A stretch of DNA of 54,713 nt from a virus (lineage: Duplodnaviria; Caudoviricetes), in the IMG/VR virus record IMGVR_UViG_3300032117_000037, positions 1-54,713 of that record; one strand, written 5' to 3'. Made by a program: the position numbers and the translations under genes. The notes under the pieces were generated by a model that was not told the DNA's origin, made no database searches, and was given only the letters and a program-made list of their open reading frames with translations. How positions within the stretch are numbered: the first letter of the stretch is position 1; the number at the start of each line of letters is the position of its first letter. Below are positions 43,985-53,263 of the stretch, one piece after another.

Positions 43985-46528
43985 TTACTCCTTTGGTTGT
44001 TTAGGTTCGTTTTTAGATTGTTCATTTTGATGTTGATGTTCTTTCTTTTGTTTTACCAATTCAGAAAGCACTCTTACATCATTTGCATTTTTAGTGTTTT
44101 GCATTTGTTGTTTAGACTTACCAATGTCAGCACCGATACGTAATCCTTCAATCTTTTGTTTAGCTTCAAGATTAGCTTTATCATTTTGAGCTTTAGCAGC
44201 CGTTTGCATACCAGCAATTTCTTTCTGAGCTGCAATACGTTGTTTTTCAACTTCGATTTGGTCAGCTTTAGCAGCAGCTTCAATCTGCATCTTCTTCATC
44301 TTAATCTCAATTTCTTGAGCTTTTAATTGAAGTTCTTTCATTTGCATTTGGATGACAGGATCATTAGCAGCTTGTTGAGCTTGTTGAGCAGCCACAGCAG
44401 TTTGATTTTGATTGAGCAAGTTTTGAGCAGCAGGAACAGCGGCTTTAGTAATAGCGGCTTCTTGTTCAGGTGTAAGACCCCAATCAGGATCATCACTGAA
44501 CGGTATATCAATACCAGCCATAAGTTCCATTTGACGTTTATACTCAAGACCTACGTGCTCTGTGATATGTGCTTGCATAGCTTGCATAATCATAGGAGCT
44601 TGTGGGTTTTGACCAATGATTTGCTTAATCTTAGGATCATTCATTGCAGCCATATGAATTTGAATATGTGCTTGATGATCTTGGTATGGGAAAGCTTTTA
44701 AAGGTTGATTCTTTAAAGCATTCACATTCTCAGTGATTGCATCTACAGGTTTCATATCATCTGGCATAGGAACTAACTTCTCAGCGTTCTTAATACCAAT
44801 CACATCTAACATCTGACGATGTAAGTAAGGTAAGTTATAAAGCTGTGGAGCAGTTTGAGATAATTGAAGTACTGCCTGATACTGTACGACTTTTTGTGAC
44901 ATCGTAGCTGCATTAGGATCAGATACTGGAATGATAGTCGTAGTTTCGTAGTCTTTTTTACGTGCAGTTCTGCTACCTTCAGATGGTTCATAATCATAAT
45001 CTTCAGGTGCATAGTCAGCAATAATGTCTTTTAATAATCTAAACTCTTGTTTCATTGAGTAATGAATACGAGCTTGGATCGCTGACATGACTTTTAAAGT
45101 ACGTTCTAGGATAGCTAGTGTAGTTCCTACAGGGCTATTTGCAGACATATCAGAAACTTTAATATCACCAGCAGAAGCGAATCTACGACCTTCTTCAACA
45201 ATTTGATTGAGTAAAGTAATTAAAGTCTGGCTTGGTTCCTTATATGGCAATGGCATGATGTTATCTTTCATTGCACCAGAAGGCACATCTACGTCCCTAA
45301 ATTCTCCTGGAGCGATTGGAGTATCATCACCTTTGACTCTAAGGCCTCTGGTCTTAAATCCACCAGGGAGATTTGCAAGTGATCCAGCGTCAACTAATTG
45401 TCTAAGTATGGATGTTCCAGATTTTGCAAATGCTCCGATTAAGTGGATTAAGCCAAAACAATAAAATCCAAATCCTGGGATATAACCGTAGTGTACAAAG
45501 TGTTGACGCTTTTGATGGGTCTTATCATCAGGATCCCAATTACGTCTAATTGCTAAAATATTACCTGAACTCTTTTCTAAAGTAACAACATAAGGAAGAG
45601 CTAAACCTGTAGATTCACCTTTGTCGTCTGTATGTTCATAACCTGGCAAGTCAAGGTTAACATGCATCTCTAAGATCTTATAACGATCATCAGTCGTAGC
45701 ACGGAAGCCTAATTTCTCGGCAATTTTCTTTTCTATTTCATCAAGCGTATTGTCTGGATCACCAAGATCAATGTCACGATAAAAGCCAGCAACTTGTAAA
45801 TGGCGAAGTTCATTTTCTGTTTTCCTCATCACATGGGTTACACGTTCAGCAGACTCTAAGCTTGATGCACCATAAGGTACAACCAAGTCTTCTGCTGGGA
45901 CATACATAGATACTTGACGATCCAATTGTGGATCAACATAAATCTTTTTAAAGCCGTTACCTGAAAGACCTAGACCCCATAACATTCTTTCATGTTCAGG
46001 TCTATATTCAGTCATTACGTCTACGAGTTCGTGGTTCATATCATCAACCACACGTTCCATTGCTTTTTTCTTTTCTGGTGTTTCTTTACCTACTATCTCA
46101 CCTTTAACAGGACCAGATGCAGGGAAAGTATCCATGATGGTTTCTGACTGGAACTTAACGACTGCTTCGGATAGGACTGGATGGAATACACCACAGGCAC
46201 CTTCCCATGGTTCGTTACGTTCTTCAATCTTAAGACCTAGAAGTTCTAAACCATCTACATAGGTTTGAATCCAGTCTTTTCTTGAATCTATATCTGATTG
46301 GAAGTCACCGATCAAATCTCCACCAATTTGTTGGAGTTGACCTTCTGACATATGTTCTGCTAAGTTTTCGCTAAAGTCATCGTCTTCACCCTTTTCCATA
46401 TGCATATCCATACCTGGAAGATGAATGTCTAATGATTCTGGGTTTTCAATTTCAATCTCCATGTCAGGTTGTTCATTAATTGCAGATAAACCTTGTGGAG
46501 CTTCGTATATTGCTTTTTCGATTGCCAT
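43985..46528 (-). CDS. portal protein
   Basis: PWEGACGVFHP, PGFGFY.FGL.H and LPYKEPS; size and position after the terminase. Confidence 0.88.
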   Translation of the reverse strand: MAIEKAIYEAPQGLSAINEQPDMEIEIENPESLDIHLPGMDMHMEKGEDDDFSENLAEHMSEGQLQQIGGDLIGDFQSDIDSRKDWIQTYVDGLELLGLKIEERNEPWEGACGVFHPVLSEAVVKFQSETIMDTFPASGPVKGEIVGKETPEKKKAMERVVDDMNHELVDVMTEYRPEHERMLWGLGLSGNGFKKIYVDPQLDRQVSMYVPAEDLVVPYGASSLESAERVTHVMRKTENELRHLQVAGFYRDIDLGDPDNTLDEIEKKIAEKLGFRATTDDRYKILEMHVNLDLPGYEHTDDKGESTGLALPYVVTLEKSSGNILAIRRNWDPDDKTHQKRQHFVHYGYIPGFGFYCFGLIHLIGAFAKSGTSILRQLVDAGSLANLPGGFKTRGLRVKGDDTPIAPGEFRDVDVPSGAMKDNIMPLPYKEPSQTLITLLNQIVEEGRRFASAGDIKVSDMSANSPVGTTLAILERTLKVMSAIQARIHYSMKQEFRLLKDIIADYAPEDYDYEPSEGSRTARKKDYETTTIIPVSDPNAATMSQKVVQYQAVLQLSQTAPQLYNLPYLHRQMLDVIGIKNAEKLVPMPDDMKPVDAITENVNALKNQPLKAFPYQDHQAHIQIHMAAMNDPKIKQIIGQNPQAPMIMQAMQAHITEHVGLEYKRQMELMAGIDIPFSDDPDWGLTPEQEAAITKAAVPAAQNLLNQNQTAVAAQQAQQAANDPVIQMQMKELQLKAQEIEIKMKKMQIEAAAKADQIEVEKQRIAAQKEIAGMQTAAKAQNDKANLEAKQKIEGLRIGADIGKSKQQMQNTKNANDVRVLSELVKQKKEHQHQNEQSKNEPKQPKE

Positions 46529-46536
46529 AATTGTCC

Positions 46537-47040
46537 TTATCTAAATGCGGGTCCCATAGCCCAAGCCACCGCTGTAAATCTCTCACCAGAGGTAACAGCA
46601 GTCACTCGATGTGGTAACACCGATGGAAAAACGATAATACTTCCCTTAGGAAGTTTTGGAATTGGAGAGTCCAAGTCCTTTAGTTCTAGTAAGCCACCTT
46701 CATAATCATCTGGGTTTGACAGAATAAGTATTGAGGAGAGTTTGCGTTGATTGCCAAACTCGTCTGGATTGTAAGAGTCACTATGCCAATCATAGTGGCC
46801 ACCTACTTTATAATGTCCGATCTGGACTGGTTCTATATAAGATGTTGCATAATTCCAATTTGCTTGGATATTGGCAAGTCCTATATAACTCTGCATTATA
46901 CATCCAACTGGCTCCATTGGGTTAACAAATACAATATTTGTTTGACGTTTGTCTGGATTTATGTATGTTTCATTTGCATGCATAAAACCACCGTCTTTAC
47001 CTTTAGACCAGTCAATTTCTTTTAGGATAAGATCACACAT
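46537..47040 (-). CDS. 2OG-Fe(II) oxygenase (prolyl-4-hydroxylase/PKHD-like); start may lie upstream at ~47088
   Basis: YDWHSD (HxD), RKLS, YEGGLL and FPSVLPHRVT.V.SGER. Confidence 0.88.
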   Translation of the reverse strand: MCDLILKEIDWSKGKDGGFMHANETYINPDKRQTNIVFVNPMEPVGCIMQSYIGLANIQANWNYATSYIEPVQIGHYKVGGHYDWHSDSYNPDEFGNQRKLSSILILSNPDDYEGGLLELKDLDSPIPKLPKGSIIVFPSVLPHRVTAVTSGERFTAVAWAMGPAFR

Positions 47041-47080
47041 ATCTTCTGATATGATTCTTTCCTGCCACCATACACGTGTC

Positions 47081-48571
47081 TTAATAATAAGCTACTCTCC
47101 TTCTAAATTCTCTTGGTTCATCGGGCTCATCACTTGGTAACGGTATAAAGCCACCACGTCTAAATCTAAGTAAAGCCTGTGTCGTGGAGTCGACTAAGTC
47201 GTCATGGTCTGAGTTAGGGAATGCAGCCATTTCCTCGATGACTTCCTCCGCCCACCTTTTACGAGGAGCCCACACTTTGCCTGATGCGAAAAGATCTGTT
47301 ACTGAATTCACACGACTAATCTTGTCATTACCTCGTGTCGGTGTAAATTCTTGTACAGGTATACCCATACGTCTTAACTCAAAGATTAAAGGTGCACCTG
47401 AGGCCTTAGCTTCCACGATAAACGCATCTGGGTTCCACTCTTGATACATTTGCATAGCCCTTCCCTTTAGTTCAGGAAACTCCATACGTTCCTTTAAAGC
47501 GTCAAGCAAAATAATGTTAGGGTCGTTTGGGTTTTCATTTAAGAAGAAGACACCCCAAGTTGTACATGCACTATAGTCAGAACGCTCTGACTTTGTAAAA
47601 GCAGTATCCCAACTTTGTATAATAAATTCACAAGGAGGAGGGATTTCTTTTTCCCACACGTTCCACCATTCCCGTTTAACTAAAGCACCTTCTTCGGAAG
47701 TCGGGTCTTGTTGATACTGTGCTTGCCATTTAGATAAAGGCAACTCAATACGTAACTTATTAAGTTCGTCATAAGACCAGAACTCTGGCCATAAAGGTTT
47801 ATCGTTAGGAAGAATCGCTGGGAGTTCAATAATCTCCCACTCATCTCCATCACGATCTACCATGGCACTTAAAATCTTTCCAGTCAGGTCTCGTTTAGAC
47901 CAACGAGTCATAACGACTACGATAGAACCACCTGGCTGTAAACGTTGTCTTGGACCAGAGGTATACCATTCGTACACCTTGTCGAAGACAGAAGGATCAC
48001 CAGATGCTAAGGCCGCTTCTTGCTCAGAGTGTGGATCATCAATAATAAGAAGGTCAGCACCTTTACCAGTAACAGTACCACCAACGCCAATAGCAAAGTA
48101 CTCCCCATTAGCATTAGTCGACCAACGTCCAGCAGCTTTCGAATCACTTCTAAGGGAAACATTAGGAAATACACGAGCATAAGCCTCCGAGTCCACTAGG
48201 TTACGAACTTTACGTCCAAAGCCAACTGCTAGTTCAGCTGTGTTCGAACATTGAATAATCTTCTTATTAGGAAACTGCCCTAAGTACCAAGCAGGAAGTA
48301 AATAAGACGCAAACTCAGACTTAGTATGACGAGGAGGCATGTTAATAATAAGACGCTTAGTTTTTCCACTGGCTATTTCCTCAAATTTTTTAGCCATAAC
48401 TGCATGATGTCTTCCATCGATGAAACCTGGCCACATCGTCTTAACAAACGTCAGGAAGTCTTTTTGACCCTGTTCTCTTAAGACGGTGTCTTGGTATTCC
48501 TTAACCCGTTCCCAAATAGGGACTTGTTCAGCTTCGGGTAAGAGCTTAATGAGTTCTTCTATCTCGTTCAT
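47081..48571 (-). CDS. terL: terminase large subunit
   Basis: MPPRHTKS (Walker A-like), LLIIDD (Walker B), QSWDTA and HDDLVDS nuclease motifs. Confidence 0.93.
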   Translation of the reverse strand: MNEIEELIKLLPEAEQVPIWERVKEYQDTVLREQGQKDFLTFVKTMWPGFIDGRHHAVMAKKFEEIASGKTKRLIINMPPRHTKSEFASYLLPAWYLGQFPNKKIIQCSNTAELAVGFGRKVRNLVDSEAYARVFPNVSLRSDSKAAGRWSTNANGEYFAIGVGGTVTGKGADLLIIDDPHSEQEAALASGDPSVFDKVYEWYTSGPRQRLQPGGSIVVVMTRWSKRDLTGKILSAMVDRDGDEWEIIELPAILPNDKPLWPEFWSYDELNKLRIELPLSKWQAQYQQDPTSEEGALVKREWWNVWEKEIPPPCEFIIQSWDTAFTKSERSDYSACTTWGVFFLNENPNDPNIILLDALKERMEFPELKGRAMQMYQEWNPDAFIVEAKASGAPLIFELRRMGIPVQEFTPTRGNDKISRVNSVTDLFASGKVWAPRKRWAEEVIEEMAAFPNSDHDDLVDSTTQALLRFRRGGFIPLPSDEPDEPREFRRRVAYY

Positions 48572-48732
48572 CGTTTAAACCTAGCTTCGTAACGTCTATA
48601 CTTCGCACCCCAATATGGGTTATCTAGGATCACTTTCATCGGTTTATGAAAAATCCCAGCCCGATCAATCTTGCACCGTTTTGATGCATTCGGATGTAGA
48701 AGAAAGCGAAGCGAGATGGTAAGCCTATTCAT
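48568..48732 (-). CDS. 54-aa basic hypothetical protein (not in ORF track)
   Basis: Fills the gap exactly; ATGA overlap with terL. Confidence 0.4.
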   Translation of the reverse strand: MNRLTISLRFLLHPNASKRCKIDRAGIFHKPMKVILDNPYWGAKYRRYEARFKR

Positions 48733-48949
48733 GATTACGTAGTCTCATATAAGAGGGACGTATAGACCTATGCCTACCTTTTATCCCTTTACATAGTCCT
48801 AAGTCTACTAATGCCCACATCTTCCTACAAACATTACCCCTACCCTTTTCACCAGTAAGCCTCATAATGTCATCTATAGAGGGGCCAAAGCCAAACTCTT
48901 TCCACCAGGTCTCTATGATCATATAGATCTCTTTTTGTACAGGAGTCAA
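48725..48949 (-). CDS. LexA-like winged-helix DNA-binding protein (no peptidase domain)
   Basis: MTP.Q.EIY..I..W....G.GPS.DDI...L...G...RSI matches the LexA N-terminal domain pattern. Confidence 0.7.
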   Translation of the reverse strand: MTPVQKEIYMIIETWWKEFGFGPSIDDIMRLTGEKGRGNVCRKMWALVDLGLCKGIKGRHRSIRPSYMRLRNHE

Positions 48950-48963
48950 AATATATACCCTAC

Positions 48964-49836
48964 CTAGTCATGGGACCCAAAATCATCAAGGGGGGTCATT
49001 TCTATATCCACGCCTAACTCAACCTTCAAAATTTCAGATACCCCCTCCCCCTCTTCTTCTACTTCGTCTAGGGTGGGTACTTCGCTAGGATTTGATATTT
49101 GATTTTCTGGAATATTATGTAATATCTCTGCCCTATCATCATGGTCATTTAGGGGGGTGGGGTGCGGTGGGGTCTCGGATAGGGGAATATCGTTCTCCGT
49201 CTCGTCCAATTCCTCTGACATAGGTTCGTCATCTGATATAAGTTCGGCATCTTGTATCGCTTCCCCTCTTATCTCTGACAATAGTTCGTCCGCACTCCGT
49301 TTCTTATCGTCTGACAATGTGAGACTGTTACCTATAGCTTTTCGTAAGCTGTCCATTAATCGCTGTTTGACTTCGTCCGAGTTGGTGACAATCGTGGCGG
49401 TCTTATCCCTGTCTTCAAACAGTCCAACTTCGGTGAATTTGCCAATCAGTTCCAATGCTTTGAGGCGGTCTCTCGGTGACAAGTCGTCATCAATAGCGAG
49501 TTCGGTAATTTTTTCTATGGCGAGAGCTCTTAAAGAAGTAGGCAAAATAAGATGTTTTATCGTTTCTGACGCTTGTAATTGATTTATCATAAGTGAGACT
49601 TTAGTGTTGTTGAATACTTTATTGGCATTGACTGATTGTCCGTTTGGCTTCCCTTGAGTGTCATAAGCGTTTCGATAGGCTTCAGTCTTATTCATTCCCT
49701 TGAGGACGATATTTTCAGTAAACTTACGCTGTTTTGATGTTAGCTTGATGTCGTTCCCTAGTATCTTATCCAATGGGACTTGCTGTATCGCTTCGCTTAT
49801 TTGGCGTTTAGATAGCTTTGGCGGCGGTTTGGTCAT
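48964..49836 (-). CDS. terS: terminase small subunit
   Basis: LTSKQRKF, EAYRNAYD and RLKALELIGK...GLF; first gene of the packaging operon. Confidence 0.75.
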   Translation of the reverse strand: MTKPPPKLSKRQISEAIQQVPLDKILGNDIKLTSKQRKFTENIVLKGMNKTEAYRNAYDTQGKPNGQSVNANKVFNNTKVSLMINQLQASETIKHLILPTSLRALAIEKITELAIDDDLSPRDRLKALELIGKFTEVGLFEDRDKTATIVTNSDEVKQRLMDSLRKAIGNSLTLSDDKKRSADELLSEIRGEAIQDAELISDDEPMSEELDETENDIPLSETPPHPTPLNDHDDRAEILHNIPENQISNPSEVPTLDEVEEEGEGVSEILKVELGVDIEMTPLDDFGSHD

Positions 49837-49853
49837 AGGTATAAATCAGGTAT

Positions 49854-49872
49854 ATTGAGAATGATTCTCATT
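49854..49872. promoter_or_regulatory. Fur-box-like palindromic operator
   Basis: Perfect 7-1-7 inverted repeat TGAGAAT-G-ATTCTCA (49856-49870). Confidence 0.6.
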
Positions 49873-49898
49873 ATAGTTTAGAAATCGAACGCTGTAAA
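49870..49898 (-). promoter_or_regulatory. sigma70-type promoter for the terS/late operon
   Basis: TTTACA-N17-TATAAT on the minus strand. Confidence 0.7.
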
Positions 49899-50065
49899 GC
49901 GATTTTAACGAACGATTGATAGTCACTTGATATTCTGATATTAACTTTTTAATCGTTTGTTATAGTGCGATTGTGTGCTTTTTAGCTATAAAGTGCTTTT
50001 TCGCTTCGCTTTGAGGTCTCAAAAATGGCGGTTTTAAGTCGTTTAAACGGGCTTAAAAATAATTG

Positions 50066-50094
50066 TTGCAATTAAAAATTACATCAATTAAACT
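50066..50094 (+). promoter_or_regulatory. sigma70-type early promoter
   Basis: TTGCAA-N17-TAAACT with an AT-rich upstream region. Confidence 0.65.
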
Positions 50095-50153
50095 AGCAAT
50101 ACATGAAATAAAACCTTTTCATGTGTTTATTAATAAAAAGAGGAGTAGTAAAA

Positions 50154-50750
50154 ATGAATAGAGAGACATGGCTTAATCAAGTCACCGAGCAATTTATCAG
50201 ACCATTGTTTATTTCAAAAGGGTTTGAGATTCCAAAAAACGTCCGCTTAACTTGCGGTTTACCTAGTCAAAAAGCGTTCGGCATGAAGCAACAGCGGATT
50301 GGTGAATGTTGGTCTGACATAGCTTCAAAAGACGGACATTACGAAATAATGATTTCACCAACGATTGCGGATAATCAAACAGTCACTTCTACATTAATAC
50401 ATGAGTTAGTCCATGCGACTGTTGGTCTCGAAGCTGGACACAAGAAGCCGTTTAAACAATGTGCTGTTGCTGTTGGTTTGACAGGCAAAATGACAGCGAC
50501 AACTTCAACGGACGAACTCAAAGCAATCATGAACGAATGGTTTTTAACTGTTGGTGATTATCCTCATGCTGTATTAAGCGGAATGACCAACGGAATCAAA
50601 AAACAATCAACAAGAATGATTAAATGCGAATGCGAGGAGTGCGGATATACAGTAAGAATGACAAGAAAATGGCTTGCTGTTGGCGTGCCAAATTGCCCTC
50701 AATGCGATATTAAATTGAGTTCTGATAATAACGAGGGAGAGGACGAATAG
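50154..50750 (+). CDS. SprT-like metalloprotease with C-terminal zinc ribbon
   Basis: HELVHA...GH...F; CEEC/CPQC ribbon; AGAGGAG RBS supports the start MNRETWL. Confidence 0.8.
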   Translation: MNRETWLNQVTEQFIRPLFISKGFEIPKNVRLTCGLPSQKAFGMKQQRIGECWSDIASKDGHYEIMISPTIADNQTVTSTLIHELVHATVGLEAGHKKPFKQCAVAVGLTGKMTATTSTDELKAIMNEWFLTVGDYPHAVLSGMTNGIKKQSTRMIKCECEECGYTVRMTRKWLAVGVPNCPQCDIKLSSDNNEGEDE

Positions 50751-50766
50751 TCCTCCCCTATTTTTT
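50734..50766 (+). terminator. intrinsic terminator
   Basis: AGGGAGAGGAC-GAATA-GTCCTCCCCT-ATTTTTT. Confidence 0.55.
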
Positions 50767-50778
50767 GGAGATAAAAAA

Positions 50779-50976
50779 ATGCAACAGTATATTAAAAGCA
50801 TAACAAATCAGTTTAGAGACTATGACGGACAAAAGGTAAATGTATTTATCATCAATGACCGATACGAAATACACACCGATTGTGGCGTGTGCTACGATAC
50901 AATAAAAGGCGGTGATTTACCGCAATATATTTTTAGATTGAGAGAAGCATTAACAAACAACAGGTTTTATTTATAA
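50779..50976 (+). CDS. hypothetical early protein
   Basis: GGAG RBS. Confidence 0.6.
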   Translation: MQQYIKSITNQFRDYDGQKVNVFIINDRYEIHTDCGVCYDTIKGGDLPQYIFRLREALTNNRFYL

Positions 50977-51048
50977 TGCAAATTTAAGCCAATTAGCAAT
51001 AGTTGGCTTATGTGTGCAATTTCGCACGATTAGAGAGGAAAAGACAAA

Positions 51049-51282
51049 ATGAACTTAAACCCAATCAGAGCAAATTTGACAGAGGTTATTATTAACAACG
51101 ATTTGAAAGTGTTATTTAGCTATAAAACTCCTGTGGCTTGTGAGTTAAAAGGCGAGATTTTCAAAACGGATAAATTCTGGAGTAAAACTACAACACGCCA
51201 TATTAACCAATGGCTTGACGGACGAAACGCAGAGACAGCTTACCAATCATTTTTTGACACATTGACAGGAGGTCTAGTATGA
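51049..51282 (+). CDS. conserved phage early protein
   Basis: VLFSYKTPVA...WSKTTTRHINQWL motif. Confidence 0.75.
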   Translation: MNLNPIRANLTEVIINNDLKVLFSYKTPVACELKGEIFKTDKFWSKTTTRHINQWLDGRNAETAYQSFFDTLTGGLV

Positions 51283-51491
51283 GTGTTATTAACATGAATT
51301 TATATCAAGTAGAATATCTATACAACGGAGAATTTTGTCGCAATAATTTTAATTATGAACATGAAGCAAAACATTTTGCTGTTGATATTTCAAATGACAA
51401 AGGCGTCTCTGATATATTAGTGTGTGAATTTGGTTCATATATTGGCAGAATTGAATCAATTAATAATTGCAACGCTTTTGTTAGAATTTAA
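51279..51491 (+). CDS. hypothetical early protein
   Basis: GGAGG RBS; coupled to the upstream gene. Confidence 0.6.
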   Translation: MSVINMNLYQVEYLYNGEFCRNNFNYEHEAKHFAVDISNDKGVSDILVCEFGSYIGRIESINNCNAFVRI

Positions 51492-51500
51492 GGAGTAATC

Positions 51501-51659
51501 ATGAGTTTATTACAGGAAATGGAAACGCACGGACTTGCAGACTGTGAATTCAATCGCCAATTATTACAGGAAGCGTTTAAACGCAGTCTTAATAAAGCAA
51601 GGATTCAAAGCATTAGGTTTTTTTTATCAACCATGACAGAAGCACACTCATATATTTAA
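51501..51659 (+). CDS. 52-aa hypothetical protein (not in ORF track)
   Basis: AAGGAG RBS; MSLLQEMETHGLADCEFNRQ. Confidence 0.6.
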   Translation: MSLLQEMETHGLADCEFNRQLLQEAFKRSLNKARIQSIRFFLSTMTEAHSYI

Positions 51660-51668
51660 GGGGAAATT

Positions 51669-51854
51669 ATGAAAAGCATATATTTAGCAAAGGGTCACAA
51701 CAGTTGGACGAATAAAACATTAAAGAGAGTTTTTAATGACTATACAGAAGCACACTCATTTTTGGAGGGTTTGACAGATTCGTCAGTTAAGATGTATAGT
51801 TCAGATAGCTTAATCGAAGCTGTGAATTTACTTTTAAGAGAGGAAATAAAATGA
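51669..51854 (+). CDS. hypothetical early protein
   Basis: AAGGGG RBS. Confidence 0.6.
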   Translation: MKSIYLAKGHNSWTNKTLKRVFNDYTEAHSFLEGLTDSSVKMYSSDSLIEAVNLLLREEIK

Positions 51855-52036
51855 TTACAATAGGGGATAGAGTAAAAGTCATTGACCAAAACATTACAGG
51901 CACAGTTATTCGTTATGATTGCGGGTCTAAAGTGGTCATAACAGATGATGACGCAGAAATGTGGAGTGAAAATGGCGAGGAAACTTTAGTTTATAGAATA
52001 TCTGAACTTAAACTTTTAGACGAGGAGATAAAATGA
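51851..52036 (+). CDS. small KOW/SH3-like protein
   Basis: IGDRVKVI...TGTVI motif; GAGG RBS. Confidence 0.6.
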   Translation: MITIGDRVKVIDQNITGTVIRYDCGSKVVITDDDAEMWSENGEETLVYRISELKLLDEEIK

Positions 52037-52281
52037 AAACTTATTGGGTAACCTATCAAAGATATATGACCGAAATGGAAGAGGTCACGATTGCTGTTGA
52101 GGCTAAAAATGAAAAACAAGCACTACAAAAAGCACAACAGGGAGACGGAGAGGAAGTTGAATGGAATACATGGGACAGAACCTCACAAGAGGATTATTGG
52201 GACAATGTAGAAATCAACGAGGAAAAAGATATGAACTTTATTAAGGGAGATGAAAATGGGACAGTATCACAAAGTTTATAA
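52033..52281 (+). CDS. acidic hypothetical protein
   Basis: MKTYWV...VEAKNEKQA motif; GAGGAG RBS. Confidence 0.65.
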   Translation: MKTYWVTYQRYMTEMEEVTIAVEAKNEKQALQKAQQGDGEEVEWNTWDRTSQEDYWDNVEINEEKDMNFIKGDENGTVSQSL

Positions 52282-52585
52282 TGTAGATAAACAAGAGATG
52301 ATTAATGCTCATGGCATTAATAATGGTTTGAAATTAGTTGAACAAGTAGGGCATGACCTATCAACCTCAACCGCTTTATTCCTGTTGTTAGCTAACTCCA
52401 ATGGTCGTGGAGGTGGTGATGTAAGAGAGCATGAATTAGTCGGCAGTTGGGCAGGGGATAGAGTTGTTGTGCAAGGCGACTATGCAGAGCCAAACGACAA
52501 AGGCTTTATATCTAACACGGATAGATACAGAGATATTAGTAATGATGTATTTAATATGTTAAGAAGCACAATGGAGGGTATTTAA
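52256..52585 (+). CDS. conserved phage protein
   Basis: MGQYH..YN.DK, GLKLVEQ and GSWAGDRVVVQGDY motifs. Confidence 0.75.
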   Translation: MGQYHKVYNVDKQEMINAHGINNGLKLVEQVGHDLSTSTALFLLLANSNGRGGGDVREHELVGSWAGDRVVVQGDYAEPNDKGFISNTDRYRDISNDVFNMLRSTMEGI

Positions 52586-52586
52586 C

Positions 52587-52766
52587 ATGGAAGCTAGTAG
52601 ATATGAACTTATAAAAACAGAATGGGGATTTATGGCATACGACCATGACTGTGACCAATTCTTGTATAACAAAAGAAATGAATGTTTATTTGATAATGAT
52701 TTAGAAGCTAACAAACTTATTGAGGACGCAGTTCAAACAAATATGGAGGAGAACGAAAATGCCTAA
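52587..52766 (+). CDS. 59-aa hypothetical protein (not in ORF track)
   Basis: GGAGG RBS; fills the gap. Confidence 0.55.
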   Translation: MEASRYELIKTEWGFMAYDHDCDQFLYNKRNECLFDNDLEANKLIEDAVQTNMEENENA

Positions 52767-52923
52767 ATTTATGTTAAGAGAAACATTGTGGCAGTATTAC
52801 ATAGTGGAAGCAGACACAGAAGATAAAGCTGTTGAGAAACTGTATGACGGGTTTGGAGACATTGAACCTGTGGACGCTGAATATTTAGATGACATTTTAG
52901 TCAAGGAGATACAGAATGCTTAA
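52759..52923 (+). CDS. acidic hypothetical protein (start MPKF)
   Basis: GGAGGAG RBS; VEADTEDKA motif similar to 52033..52281. Confidence 0.6.
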   Translation: MPKFMLRETLWQYYIVEADTEDKAVEKLYDGFGDIEPVDAEYLDDILVKEIQNA

Positions 52924-53263
52924 ATATGTTGTGAACGATTTACAGGGAGGGTCTTTTATGTCTTGGACATGGGAAACTCCCCTAGATAGAAAACAGTTGT
53001 TGGAGGTGTTTAAACAGTTTGCAGATAGTGACAACATGGAAACGCCTAAAAAGTATTTTAACTTGGGCTTCTGTGCTGATATGTGGGAAGTGGACATCAA
53101 GCCGTTTAAACATAGTGGCAAGTATTGTGCTAGATGTAATTGTGAGTTATCGTCATATAAACCTAACAGAACGAGAGGCTATAAATATGTTTGTGTGAAT
53201 TGTGATGAAGATATTTACGAATTCGAAGCAAAGGAGAAAACAAATGAATTACATAGCAGTTGA
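52916..53263 (+). CDS. hypothetical protein with C-terminal zinc ribbon
   Basis: CARC...YKYVCVNCDED. Confidence 0.65.
   Translation: MLKYVVNDLQGGSFMSWTWETPLDRKQLLEVFKQFADSDNMETPKKYFNLGFCADMWEVDIKPFKHSGKYCARCNCELSSYKPNRTRGYKYVCVNCDEDIYEFEAKEKTNELHSS

Noticed and set aside
5071-49836. Many plus-strand and off-frame ORFs of 60-140 aa overlapping late genes (e.g. 6590, 8365, 14165, 23209, 43623, 47862, 49157)
   Set aside because: Antisense shadows of codon-biased genes, with no RBS or recognisable motifs
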